This document shows positions 12,453 through 21,904 of a stretch of DNA of 64,000 nucleotides, in pieces. This DNA comes from an uncultured Pseudomonadota bacterium (GTDB lineage Bacteria > Myxococcota_A > Polyangia > Fen-1088), in contig CAWKBC010000008.1 in NCBI GenBank assembly GCA_963847705.1, positions 1-64,000 on the forward strand, read 5' to 3'. The position numbers and the translations under genes are program-made. Within the stretch, counting starts at the first letter, position 1, and each line of letters begins with the position of its first letter. The notes below the pieces were generated by a model. The model was not told the DNA's origin and searched no databases. It saw only the letters and a program-made list of their open reading frames with translations.

Positions 12453-14465
12453 ATGAGCGAGCCCACCCCGACAGCCCCGCGCGGACCCACCAACCTCCGC
12501 ATCAAGTTTCGCAGCGCCAGCCTCGAGCAGTTCATCGAGCGCTACGCGGTCGACGTCAGTCGTGGCGGGATCTTCATCCGCACGCGCGAGCCGTTGCCGG
12601 TCGACACCCGCCTGCGGCTGGAGTTTCAGCTTCAGGACGCGACGCCGCTCCTGGCCGGGGAAGGGACCGTCGTCTGGATCCGCGAGCATGATCCGACGCG
12701 CGAGAACGTCACGCCTGGGATGGGCGTGCGGTTCGACAAGCTGACGCCGGAGACCCAGCCGACGCTGGAGAAGATCCTGGCCGAGAAGACCCGGCTCGAG
12801 CAGGCCGGGGTCGTCGCGGTGGCGCAACCGAAGGGGGGTGGGATGGCCGTGCGCCGCCCGTCCGGCGTCTTCGCCAGCCTCGACGCCAACGCGCGCGCGC
12901 TCCTGGGAGCCGGGCTGCCGCAGGCCCCGGCGGAGGCGCCCGCCACCGGCCCGGAGTCGACGCCGATCTCCGCGCCCCCTCCCCCGGCGACGTCGCCGGC
13001 GATCCCCAAGACCAGCTTTCTGGCGTCGCGCGCGGGGGCGCCTGTGGCGCCCGCATCGCCGACCCAGTCGGGGCCATTCACGCGCGCCCGGAGCACCACG
13101 ACGCGTCCGGTGCCGGTCCCCTCGGCGCTGTTCGAGCCGCCCACCGCCGCCGACATCGACAAGGCGCTCGAGGTCTTGCAGGAGGCGCCCGGTCCGGCAC
13201 CCGCCGTGCGTCCCTCCGCGTCGGCGCCCCGCTACGTCGCCGACGACGCCTCCAACGAGCCGACGCGCGTCGCGGACATCGTCGACGAGCTGGTCGGCGC
13301 CGGGTCCGGCCCACCGCCGGCGCCGATGACGCTGTCCGCCCCAGTGACGGGCGAAGCCAGCGGCGAACCCGGCGGCGTGGGCGAACAGTCACGGAGCGCC
13401 GCACCGTCGGCTGCGACGCTCGACCAGCCGCTCGAGATCGCGGACGTCGAGGTGGAGCCGGCCATCCCCGAGGCGCAGGCGGCGGTGGCCGCGCCGGTGG
13501 CGCCCGAGCCGAGCAAACGGTTCCGGGCCGCCTCGCGCGCCTACCCCACGCTGAACCGCCGACGGAGCGGGCTGACCACCTTCCTCGTGGTGCTGGTGGT
13601 CCTGGGGGCGGCGGCCGGCGCGGCGGTCAAGCTGCACCTCAAGGATCGTTTCTTTCCCTCGGCTGGCGCGCCGACCGCTGCGGCGCCCGCCGCCGCGCCG
13701 GCACCCGCCGCGACCGCGCCAGTCGCGGCCACGCCCCCCGCCGCGCCGGAGGGTGCGGGTGGAGCGCCCGCCGTCGCGGCGACACCCCCGCAGCCTTCCG
13801 CGCCCGCGGAAAAGCCGGCTCCCGACAATGCGGTCGCTGAAAAGACCGTCGAAAAAGCCGAGAAAGCTGCGAGCGACGAGAAGAAACCAGCGGCGCCTGC
13901 GGCCGCCACGGACAACGAAGAGCACGCGGCCAAGCACCGACCCCTCCATCACAAGGCGGAGGTCGCTGCCGCGGCCCCGGCAGCCGCCAGCGCGGCTGCT
14001 GACAAGCCGGCGCCCGAAAAGGCGCCAGCCGAAAAGCCGGCCGCCGACCAGCCAGCACCGGAGAAAGCCGCAGAGGGGGCGCCGGCCGAGAAGCCGGCAG
14101 CCGCCGCCCCCGCCCCGGCTCCGCCGATCCTGAAGGTCTCCTCGTCGCCCTCGGGCGCGCAGGTGTTGATCGACGGCAGGGAGCTGGGGAGCACGCCGTT
14201 CGTGAGCAAGGAGGTCGATCCCTCTGCGCCGCACACGATCACCATCAAGAAAGACGGATACGAACCGAACGAGCGGATGGTGAGCGGCCTCGACTGGTCG
14301 CGCCCGCACGGCGGCAGCCCGCAGACGCTGAAGGTGAACGCCAAGCTGCGCCGCGCGGCCGGCGCGCCGGCCGCCACCCCCTCACCTGCTCCAGCGAAAG
14401 AGAACGCCGAACCGGAGGACACCGGCGGTCCGTACATCAAGGAAATCAAGCCGGACTCGCCCTGA
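12453..14465 (+). CDS. PilZ (TIGR02266-type) membrane protein with Pro/Ala-rich linkers and C-terminal PEGA domain
   Basis: N-terminal FIERYAVDVSRGGIFIRT...VVW...PGMGVRF; one TM (FLVVLVVLGAAAGAAV); C-terminal VSSSPSGAQVLIDG..LGSTP...ITIKKDGY. Confidence 0.8.
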   Translation: MSEPTPTAPRGPTNLRIKFRSASLEQFIERYAVDVSRGGIFIRTREPLPVDTRLRLEFQLQDATPLLAGEGTVVWIREHDPTRENVTPGMGVRFDKLTPETQPTLEKILAEKTRLEQAGVVAVAQPKGGGMAVRRPSGVFASLDANARALLGAGLPQAPAEAPATGPESTPISAPPPPATSPAIPKTSFLASRAGAPVAPASPTQSGPFTRARSTTTRPVPVPSALFEPPTAADIDKALEVLQEAPGPAPAVRPSASAPRYVADDASNEPTRVADIVDELVGAGSGPPPAPMTLSAPVTGEASGEPGGVGEQSRSAAPSAATLDQPLEIADVEVEPAIPEAQAAVAAPVAPEPSKRFRAASRAYPTLNRRRSGLTTFLVVLVVLGAAAGAAVKLHLKDRFFPSAGAPTAAAPAAAPAPAATAPVAATPPAAPEGAGGAPAVAATPPQPSAPAEKPAPDNAVAEKTVEKAEKAASDEKKPAAPAAATDNEEHAAKHRPLHHKAEVAAAAPAAASAAADKPAPEKAPAEKPAADQPAPEKAAEGAPAEKPAAAAPAPAPPILKVSSSPSGAQVLIDGRELGSTPFVSKEVDPSAPHTITIKKDGYEPNERMVSGLDWSRPHGGSPQTLKVNAKLRRAAGAPAATPSPAPAKENAEPEDTGGPYIKEIKPDSP

Positions 14466-15619
14466 TGGCGCCGCGGCGGCCGCAGGGACGGCTGAAGGAT
14501 TCCTGGGCGGGCTTCTGCGGGCGTCTCGCCACGCTGGCGCTCCTCCTGGCCGGATGCCACCGCGCGGCCAGCGATGGTCCGCCACCGCCCGGGCAGCGGT
14601 TTCACCGCATCGACGTCCACACCCACATCGCTCCCGACGGCGTCGAGCGCGCCGTGCGCCTGATGAACGAGTGGGGGATCGACGGCATGGTGAACCTGTC
14701 GGGGATGTACCCGGGGCCGCCGCGCAACCCGCTCGAGCAGCAGCTGGCGGCGGCCGCCCAGAGCGGCGGGCGCATCGCCGTCTTCACCACGCCCGATTTC
14801 AAGCTGGTGCGCCGCCGTCCCACCGACTACGGCGTCGCCATGGCCGACCAGCTGACCGAGGCGCATCGTCTGGGCGCCATCGGCCTCAAGATCACCAAGG
14901 GGCTCGGCCTCGGCTATCCGGCGGCCGACGGGATTCACCTGCTGGCCGTCGACGATCCGGGCCTCGACCCGATGTTCGAGCGCGCCGGAGAGCTCGGCAT
15001 GCCGGTGGCGATCCACTGCGGCGATCCCAAGGCCTTCTGGAAGCCAGCCACCCCCGACAACGAGCGCTGGGACGAGCTGCAGGCCCACCCCGAGTGGTCT
15101 TTTTACAACAGCGGCGCCCCCTCCTGGCAGGAACTCTACGACGCGCTCGAGCGCCGCGTCGCCCGCCATCCCAAGACCACCTTCATCGCCGTCCACTTCG
15201 GCGACGACCCCGAGGACCCCGACAACGTCGCGCGCATGCTCGACCGCTACCCCAACTTCTTCCTCGACACGGCGGCCCGCGTCCCGGAGATCGGCCGCCA
15301 GCCGCAGGAGAAGATGCGGCGCTTCTTCACGAAGTACCAGGATCGCATCCTGTTCGGGACCGACACCGGCATCGGCGCCGACCAGGACCAGATGATGTAC
15401 GGCTCGAACGGCGCCGACCCGCCCACCCGCGCGGACGAGGTGCGCTTCTTCACCGAAACCTGGCGCTACTTCCAGACCCTGGACCGCCAGATCGACAGCC
15501 CGACCCCCATTCAAGGGCGCTGGAAGATCGACGGCATCGGCCTCCCCGAGCCGGTCCTGCGCAAGCTCTATTTCGACAATGCGGTCCGGGTCCTGCGCTG
15601 GCGACCAACCGGTGCTTGA
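14465..15619 (+). CDS. Amidohydrolase-2 family lipoprotein
   Basis: LLLAGC lipobox, IDVHTH, PVAIH, AVHFG, RILFGTD, KLYFDNA; TGATG-coupled to the PilZ gene. Confidence 0.85.
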   Translation: MAPRRPQGRLKDSWAGFCGRLATLALLLAGCHRAASDGPPPPGQRFHRIDVHTHIAPDGVERAVRLMNEWGIDGMVNLSGMYPGPPRNPLEQQLAAAAQSGGRIAVFTTPDFKLVRRRPTDYGVAMADQLTEAHRLGAIGLKITKGLGLGYPAADGIHLLAVDDPGLDPMFERAGELGMPVAIHCGDPKAFWKPATPDNERWDELQAHPEWSFYNSGAPSWQELYDALERRVARHPKTTFIAVHFGDDPEDPDNVARMLDRYPNFFLDTAARVPEIGRQPQEKMRRFFTKYQDRILFGTDTGIGADQDQMMYGSNGADPPTRADEVRFFTETWRYFQTLDRQIDSPTPIQGRWKIDGIGLPEPVLRKLYFDNAVRVLRWRPTGA

Positions 15620-15643
15620 CTGACGAGGGCCGCTCCCCATAAT
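15616..15643 (+). promoter_or_regulatory. Sigma-70 promoter of tRNA-Asn
   Basis: TTGACT (15616-15621), 16 nt, CATAAT (15638-15643), 15 nt upstream of the tRNA. Confidence 0.65.
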
Positions 15644-15658
15644 GAGCGCCTCTCACAT

Positions 15659-15730
15659 TCCGGAGTAGCTCAGTGGCAGAGCAGGCGGCTGTTAACCGCC
15701 GGGTCGGGGGTTCGAAACCCTCCTCCGGAG
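15659..15730 (+). tRNA. tRNA-Asn (GTT), CCA not encoded
   Basis: Acceptor TCCGGAG/CTCCGGA, D arm GCTC..GAGC, anticodon stem GGCGG/CCGCC with loop CTGTTAA, T arm with TTCGAAA, discriminator G. Confidence 0.96.
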
Positions 15731-15806
15731 CAAGTCTCGACGGCTGGACGAACACCCAGCCTTGGATTGGCGGGGCCTGGGACGGGGGGCCGCGACCCTG
15801 CTTCGC

Positions 15807-16430
15807 TCAGTGTCCGGAGCAACTCCCCGACGTGCAGCTGTTTGGCGTCAGCGTCGTGCATGCAGCGCTGGAGGTGTCCAGGGTGTAGGTCTGCCCGCCG
15901 CACGTGATCATGAGGGTCAGCCCGCCATCGTCGGACGTCGCCTGGGCCACCTCGTTCCCGGCACCGTCCTTGTAGGAGAACGTCATCGTGGCGGACGCAG
16001 GCTGCGAGGTGTTCATGTAGGAGAAACATGTCCCCGAAGCGTTCGAGAAGGTGTGCGTCTTGTTGAGCGCATCGACCGCCTCGGTGACCCCGTTCGAATA
16101 GCAGTAGGTGTCTCCGCCCCCCTGGACAATCGCGTACGTACAGCTACCCGTCGTCGGCCGCCAGCAGCCCGCCTGCGCGTTCGCGATGCAGGCCGGCCAA
16201 CAGCCCGACGCCGCGCCACCCGCGCCCGTGACACCGCCGGTCGCGCTGCCACCCGTCGCCCCGCTCCCTATACCGCCGGTACCGCCTCTCCCCGGCGCCC
16301 CAGCGCTCGCGCTACCTCCCGAGGCGGACCCTCCTTTGCCGCCCCCATCCGGTCCCGACCCCGTTCCACTGCCGCAGGCGACCATTCCTCCCGCGAGAAT
16401 CACGGCTCCGAGCAGCACACGGTAGATCAT
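15807..16430 (-). CDS. Hypothetical Cys-rich lipoprotein with Gly-rich linker
   Basis: MIYRVLLGAVILAGGMVAC lipobox; G/S/T linker; Cys-rich C-terminal domain; ATGA overlap with the upstream protease gene. Confidence 0.7.
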   Translation of the reverse strand: MIYRVLLGAVILAGGMVACGSGTGSGPDGGGKGGSASGGSASAGAPGRGGTGGIGSGATGGSATGGVTGAGGAASGCWPACIANAQAGCWRPTTGSCTYAIVQGGGDTYCYSNGVTEAVDALNKTHTFSNASGTCFSYMNTSQPASATMTFSYKDGAGNEVAQATSDDGGLTLMITCGGQTYTLDTSSAACTTLTPNSCTSGSCSGH

Positions 16431-17134
16431 CGACGTCTTCCTTTCCTTGGGTAAAGAGCACAGACGGCCCGCCGATCCTCGGCCGAGAGGAAGCGGCGAC
16501 GGAGATCGGTGGCCGGCCCCATGGGCCACATGACGGACGCCCGGACGTCGGCAGGCGAGGCCAGGCAATCCGGGGCCGGCGCGCCCCGATCATCGAGCGC
16601 CGCCTTTTCCCCGGGCATGCGGCAGGCGTCTGCCAGACCGAGGGCGTGCCCCAACTCATGGGTGAGCACCACCTGCAGATCGGCACCGTTCGGCGCCGAC
16701 GGATCGTCCCAGCGGAAATTGACGGCGTTGAGCTCGACGTCCACCTCGTAGATCCGGGCGGTCGCTTCGTCACCGGCCGGTTGAAAACGCGTCGTCGTGA
16801 CCGCCGGGCTGAAGCTGTCGTGACATCCGTGGCCGACCTCGTCGGTGCACCAGAGGACCCGGTGCGGGACGACGGCGTTCCGGCCGTCACGCGCGACCGC
16901 CGCCTGCTTGATTGCGTGGTCATCGATCTTGATTGCCACTGCGGCGCAATCGACGTCGTTCCACGACCGTGCGGCCGCATGCAGGGCTTGTAACAGCTGC
17001 GGTCGCGACACCCCCCCCGGCGGCTCGGCCGCCACCGCCAGCGTGAAGGCAGGCGCTTTCCACGCCAGCGGGCGCCCTCCGGGATCCTTGGTTCGAACGT
17101 AGGCGAGAACGAACAGCACGGGAAGGTATCGCAA
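16427..17134 (-). CDS. Matrixin-like (M10/metzincin) exported metalloprotease
   Basis: AARSWNDV, EVDVELN, DLQVVLTHELGHALGLAD, Met-turn SVMWP, LSAEDRRAVCALYP. Confidence 0.8.
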   Translation of the reverse strand: MRYLPVLFVLAYVRTKDPGGRPLAWKAPAFTLAVAAEPPGGVSRPQLLQALHAAARSWNDVDCAAVAIKIDDHAIKQAAVARDGRNAVVPHRVLWCTDEVGHGCHDSFSPAVTTTRFQPAGDEATARIYEVDVELNAVNFRWDDPSAPNGADLQVVLTHELGHALGLADACRMPGEKAALDDRGAPAPDCLASPADVRASVMWPMGPATDLRRRFLSAEDRRAVCALYPRKGRRR

Positions 17135-17151
17135 GCGCCGACCGACCTCTC

Positions 17152-17778
17152 CTACTGCTCGGCGCTCAAGGTCGCCACCCAGGTGTCGCCGCAGGTGTAT
17201 CCGCCCGCCATCGACGTCCCCAGCGCCGCGCAGTCCGCGGCGTCGGTCGTACGGAAGAATCGATCGACGACGAAGGGAGGAAGCGTCGTCGGGGTGGACC
17301 CGTGCGCGAAGTCCCCGGAGGGAGCCCTGAAATCAATCTCCAGGTCTCCCGAACAAGAACCGATCGCCACGTTATCGAAGAAAATCGCTACGTCCGTTTG
17401 GTAAAAGCCGCTCTGTGTGACGACGGGACTGCTCGATTGTACCTGGACGAACGTCGGCAACACGACCGACGCCTGATGCACATAGCACTCGATACCGATG
17501 TTGACCGTCGACGCCAAGATGGTGAAGTCCAGATCCGAGCCCGGACCGAGCATGTCCAACGAACCGCAGGTAGGCTCCGCTATGACGGCATAGGAGCTGT
17601 ACAGCACGTCCGTGACGGCGGAATCATAGACTTCGACCAGGTGCGCGTCGTACTTCCGTCCTGTTTCCCCGCCTGCAATACATGGATCGCGCGGCTGGGC
17701 GCAGGCCCCACAGAGAAGCAGAGCCAGCGCCGCAACGATCCGCGTGAATCTCACAGCCGGGAGCAGCACGACGAACAT
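17152..17778 (-). CDS. Hypothetical lipoprotein
   Basis: LALLLCGAC lipobox; beta-rich Cys-containing body; same strand as neighbours with short gaps. Confidence 0.6.
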   Translation of the reverse strand: MFVVLLPAVRFTRIVAALALLLCGACAQPRDPCIAGGETGRKYDAHLVEVYDSAVTDVLYSSYAVIAEPTCGSLDMLGPGSDLDFTILASTVNIGIECYVHQASVVLPTFVQVQSSSPVVTQSGFYQTDVAIFFDNVAIGSCSGDLEIDFRAPSGDFAHGSTPTTLPPFVVDRFFRTTDAADCAALGTSMAGGYTCGDTWVATLSAEQ

Positions 17779-17803
17779 CCGTCCCAGACTACTGCGAGAT
17801 CAC

Positions 17804-20800
17804 CTAGCTCGGAGGTGTGATTGAAGACACACACTGTCCCTCGGTAAGCGTCGAACCCGCAGGACAGACATAAAGCGGCGGGGGGGGCGGCGAGCTCGCG
17901 CTCGCCGGTCCGTACGACGGACAGGTATCGGTCGGCTGGTGAAGGTCATACAGCCGACAGACCTCGTTCGGATCGGCGCCGAAGTTCAACATGACCTGGG
18001 TCAATCCCTCGAACAGGGTCTGCTGCTCGAGGAGTGCGCCGCTCGCTGGCTCACGCCGGAGGAACTCGCTGATGAACGAGGGGAAAGCCGTCCCCGGCAG
18101 CGAGACGTTCTCCTCGTGAATGACACCCTCTCCGTTCTCTGAAGTGTCGTTGAGGGAGCCGAGGACCTGGAAGAACCCGTTTGACGTGGTGAAGGGCGGT
18201 TTCGGAGCGGCAATTTCGCCGTTCGAGAGGAGCCAGGCGCCGCCATTTCCGGGATTGTTGGCAGCTGGGGAATTCGGCCAGCCGTCGAACGTATCGTGAA
18301 TCGTCGTCGTGGTGGCGGCGACGTCCTCGAAGAAGGCGTCGGCCGCCGCGAAGGAGGTCACCTGTTTCGGGGTCGTCGTCCCGGCAATGTTCGGGCCCGA
18401 CGTCGTCGACGCCCCCGCAGGAACGGCTCCGATGTTGTCCTCGGCGCAACGAAGAGGGTTGGCGTTGTCGGCACTGCACCAGCTGATGGGATCCGGCGAC
18501 CCCGGAGGCCAGAGCGATGTCGACGTGGCCTGGCTGCCCGCGGGCGTGAAGTAGTTCATTCCCCCGACCAATTGAACCGCGAAGTAGTCCGCGATCCCCT
18601 CGTTCAGGAAATAGTCTTGTACCTGCGATCCATCGCGTTTGAGCTCCTGGGTTACGATGGTGTCGGATGCCGCGCCGACCCACACCGAGGTGAATTTTTC
18701 CGGATCGTTCCGGAACATCATGTCGCAGAACGAGAAGTGCCCATACTCGTGGCTCGTCACGCCGCGGGAGATGGTCGAGAAGCCGGGAGGGAGCACCATG
18801 TCGACCCCGTCATAAACCACGTCAGCCACCTCGCCGACGATGAACCCGATAATACCCGCCACGGCCGCTCCGACCAACGGGAGCAGCACCTGAGAGGCCT
18901 GTCCCACGGTGTCTATCGCGGACGCCAGGGCCGAGCCGGCGAGGCGCGTGGCGTCCGCGGCGACCGCCGCCGTGTTGGCGGCCACCGTCTGCGCGGCTGC
19001 CGTGTAGGCGTCCTGCACAGCGGCGAGCGCAGCGTTCGACGCCGCGCTCGCGCTTTGCTCGGCCTGTTGCAGGGCATCGGACGCGGTCTTCAGCGCGTTC
19101 ACGTCGTTCGTGACGGCCTGTTGCGCGTCCGCGATCGCCTGGGAGGACCCACCCTGAGACTGCAAGGCCGACAGCTTGTCGCCGGCCTCGGTCAGGGTCG
19201 CAGCCGCCTCTGCCGCCGCCCCCGCCGCCGTGAGAGCTAGCGTCGAGGCCTGGGACGCGGCGATGACCGCCTGGTTGGCGTTGGCTACCGACTGGGCGGC
19301 CGACGTATTCGCAGCCGCTTGGGTGGCGGCCGCCCATTTGTTCACTGCGTTCGCCCAGGCGTCGGTGGCCTCGGACGTCTTGTCGGACGCGTCCCTAAAG
19401 TAGGTCTCGATCTTGTTGCCAGCGAAGGTCCCCCCGGCGGATCCAAGCTTCTCGCCGATTGCCGTCAACAGCGCGTCCACATCGGTGTAACCGAAGCACG
19501 GGGTATAGGCGCGGCCTTGGCTACTGAGCAGGTTGGCGAAGAAATCAGTGAGCACATTGACCTGTTTGGGCGTATAGCCCTCGATGGTCTGCAAGTAGGT
19601 ATATGCCTCGCTGAGCTGGGCAAGATCATTCACCTCATCCTGGGCGAGCGGTGCCGCCACGGTGAGCGGACCGTTCAGTTGTGAGGCCGAGATGAGCGGG
19701 CTGTTGAAGGTGCAGGCCTCGTCCGGCGTGACCCAGTCGTTCAACTGCGCCGCCGCGTTCTGCAGCTCCACGCAGATCCCGGTCGCCGAGTCCTTCACCA
19801 CCTTGATCGACGCCACTCCGGCGGCATTCGCCGTTCCAGTGGCCAGGGAGTCGAAGGGAATCGTGCCTTTGACCTTGGGGAACAGGATCCCGGGCGTCGA
19901 GATGTTCGTCCCTGGGATCTTGATCGAGGGGATGTGGGGGTGAAAGCTGAACGTGATCTGCTGGAGCGCGCGCACGGGAACGCCCGGCAGCGGGACGGGT
20001 TGTCCACGGTTCGCGCCCCAGGTCCGCAGCATCAACGTGTTCGGCCCTCCGAATCCGGGGTCACTGTTCATGACCTGGAGGTCGACCGTCAGGGTGGTCG
20101 AGCCCTTGAACAGCTTCGACACGTCGGCCAGCCCCTTGCGCGCGAGGTCGGAGAGTCCGTGCACGACGGAGTGGGCGCCCGACACGATCGACTTGATCAG
20201 CCCGCCGATGTGGAACCCGAACGGCTGCTGTACCGACCCCGAACCGTTCGTGGAGGACGAGCACGCCACCGTCAGGCCCGACCCCGTCGTCGAGTTCTTC
20301 ATCGCGTTGACGGTCGGATCGCCCCCCGCTGGAGGACTCAAGAACGGAGAATCGCATGCCGCCTCCGGCACAGTCGTGTCGGTGCCGAGCTGGTCGTCGG
20401 TCGGGCAGTTCGGCAGCCCGCGATACCGGAATCCGTTGGTCGCCAGGTAGGAGTACGACAAGGAGCCGTCGGCGTTCTTTGCCGAGGCGACTGGGATGTT
20501 CTGGAGCACGATTGCCCGGAACGTATTGATCGCCTGGTTCGGATCGCTGCAGAGCGCCGCCTCGCGAATGATGTTGTACGTCGCGCCCGGAATGACCGCG
20601 AACACGAATCCGCCTTCACCGTCAAAGTTCGAGGTCGTCACGCCCGTCATGCCGGACCACTGGTCCCGCTCGACGTCGAAGAGGGGCATCGGGTCCCAGT
20701 GGATCTCCAAGTCGTCGAGGATCTCCAGGTCCTTCTTGTCCTGGACGTAGATCCAGGCGTACCAGAGCGAGGGGTTTCCGTCAGCGCCGAAGTTCGCCAC

Positions 20801-21904
20801 GATGGGCGCCTGGGGCCACCGGAAGGTGTCGACGATTCCACGCGAGACCGTCGGATCGATGGCGGGCGGCAGCCGACCGCCGTTCCCTCCGTTGCACAGG
20901 CTGAACGGCCCGAGCGTGGTCGGAATCGTGTTCGGGCAAGACGAGGAGGTGAAGATGTTCCAGTGCTTGAACGTCTGATGGGTCACGGTCACGCTCGGGT
21001 TGACGGTGATACGGTTGGCGAAGAACGAGCCCGTGTGTCCGCCGGCGACGGTGGTGAGGGTGACGTTGGCGGTCGGCGCAACCAGCGTCCCGGAGAACGG
21101 CCCCTGCAGCGACAGATCGCTGCACGCCGTGCATCCCATCAAGAAGTCGCCCGGGCCGCCGCCGACATGGCTGATTGTGCCCTTGTAGAGCAGGATGCTC
21201 TGGATGTAGAGCAGCACCGGCCCGGCCGTCTCGTCGATCGTGAGCTGGGCGCTCGGCTCGAAGTCGAAGGACGTGAAGTAATAGGTACCGGTCGAGAGGT
21301 GGATCTGCGCCTGCGAAGCTGCGCTCACGCTGCCGTACGATCCGGGGGCCAGGGTGGTGTGTTGCGACGGCTGAAGCTGAACGTTCTGGCCAGCCGTCGG
21401 GAAGGTGACCGCCCAGGTCGTCAGCGCCGAGTTCGCCGTGATCGTCTCCTGGGTGATGGGCCCGGCGATCGACACGCCCGTCTGCCGGGTGATGGAGCCC
21501 TGGATGTTGAGGAAGCCCGAAATGACCGCGTTGGACTGCAGGAAGATCGAAGGCTTGCTCCAGACGTTGCCGACGCTGGTGCTGACGCCGAACTGGGTCT
21601 GCTCCGAGCCCACGCTGGACACCGTCGAGATCTGCCCCGACAGCTCGACGACCTTAGAGTGATCCGAGATCGTCAGGTTCGTCGCCGCCCCGAGGGCGAC
21701 GCGCTGAGCGGTCGCCGCGTTCGGCAGGCTGATCGAAAGATTGAACGAGCTTCCGAGCGCCGCCGTACGGGTCTCGACGTCCGGCGCCGCCACCCCGCCG
21801 CACGTCAGGGCCGACCCAGCGAGCAAGAGAAAAACAGAAGCCCGTCCAACGACCTCCGCCCTGATACGCCTCGTCCCCTTCATCCTCACGCTTCCATCAC
21901 GCAT
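17804..21904 (-). CDS. Large exported multidomain protein: N-terminal beta-solenoid, Ala-rich helical insert, C-terminal gluzincin metallopeptidase (start uncertain, 21883-21952)
   Basis: Signal/lipobox FLLLAGSALTC; LAPGSYGSV...GTYYF...GTLVAP solenoid; HEYGH plus NEGIADYF; uninterrupted 4.1-kb ORF. Confidence 0.75.
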   Translation of the reverse strand: MRDGSVRMKGTRRIRAEVVGRASVFLLLAGSALTCGGVAAPDVETRTAALGSSFNLSISLPNAATAQRVALGAATNLTISDHSKVVELSGQISTVSSVGSEQTQFGVSTSVGNVWSKPSIFLQSNAVISGFLNIQGSITRQTGVSIAGPITQETITANSALTTWAVTFPTAGQNVQLQPSQHTTLAPGSYGSVSAASQAQIHLSTGTYYFTSFDFEPSAQLTIDETAGPVLLYIQSILLYKGTISHVGGGPGDFLMGCTACSDLSLQGPFSGTLVAPTANVTLTTVAGGHTGSFFANRITVNPSVTVTHQTFKHWNIFTSSSCPNTIPTTLGPFSLCNGGNGGRLPPAIDPTVSRGIVDTFRWPQAPIVANFGADGNPSLWYAWIYVQDKKDLEILDDLEIHWDPMPLFDVERDQWSGMTGVTTSNFDGEGGFVFAVIPGATYNIIREAALCSDPNQAINTFRAIVLQNIPVASAKNADGSLSYSYLATNGFRYRGLPNCPTDDQLGTDTTVPEAACDSPFLSPPAGGDPTVNAMKNSTTGSGLTVACSSSTNGSGSVQQPFGFHIGGLIKSIVSGAHSVVHGLSDLARKGLADVSKLFKGSTTLTVDLQVMNSDPGFGGPNTLMLRTWGANRGQPVPLPGVPVRALQQITFSFHPHIPSIKIPGTNISTPGILFPKVKGTIPFDSLATGTANAAGVASIKVVKDSATGICVELQNAAAQLNDWVTPDEACTFNSPLISASQLNGPLTVAAPLAQDEVNDLAQLSEAYTYLQTIEGYTPKQVNVLTDFFANLLSSQGRAYTPCFGYTDVDALLTAIGEKLGSAGGTFAGNKIETYFRDASDKTSEATDAWANAVNKWAAATQAAANTSAAQSVANANQAVIAASQASTLALTAAGAAAEAAATLTEAGDKLSALQSQGGSSQAIADAQQAVTNDVNALKTASDALQQAEQSASAASNAALAAVQDAYTAAAQTVAANTAAVAADATRLAGSALASAIDTVGQASQVLLPLVGAAVAGIIGFIVGEVADVVYDGVDMVLPPGFSTISRGVTSHEYGHFSFCDMMFRNDPEKFTSVWVGAASDTIVTQELKRDGSQVQDYFLNEGIADYFAVQLVGGMNYFTPAGSQATSTSLWPPGSPDPISWCSADNANPLRCAEDNIGAVPAGASTTSGPNIAGTTTPKQVTSFAAADAFFEDVAATTTTIHDTFDGWPNSPAANNPGNGGAWLLSNGEIAAPKPPFTTSNGFFQVLGSLNDTSENGEGVIHEENVSLPGTAFPSFISEFLRREPASGALLEQQTLFEGLTQVMLNFGADPNEVCRLYDLHQPTDTCPSYGPASASSPPPPPLYVCPAGSTLTEGQCVSSITPPS

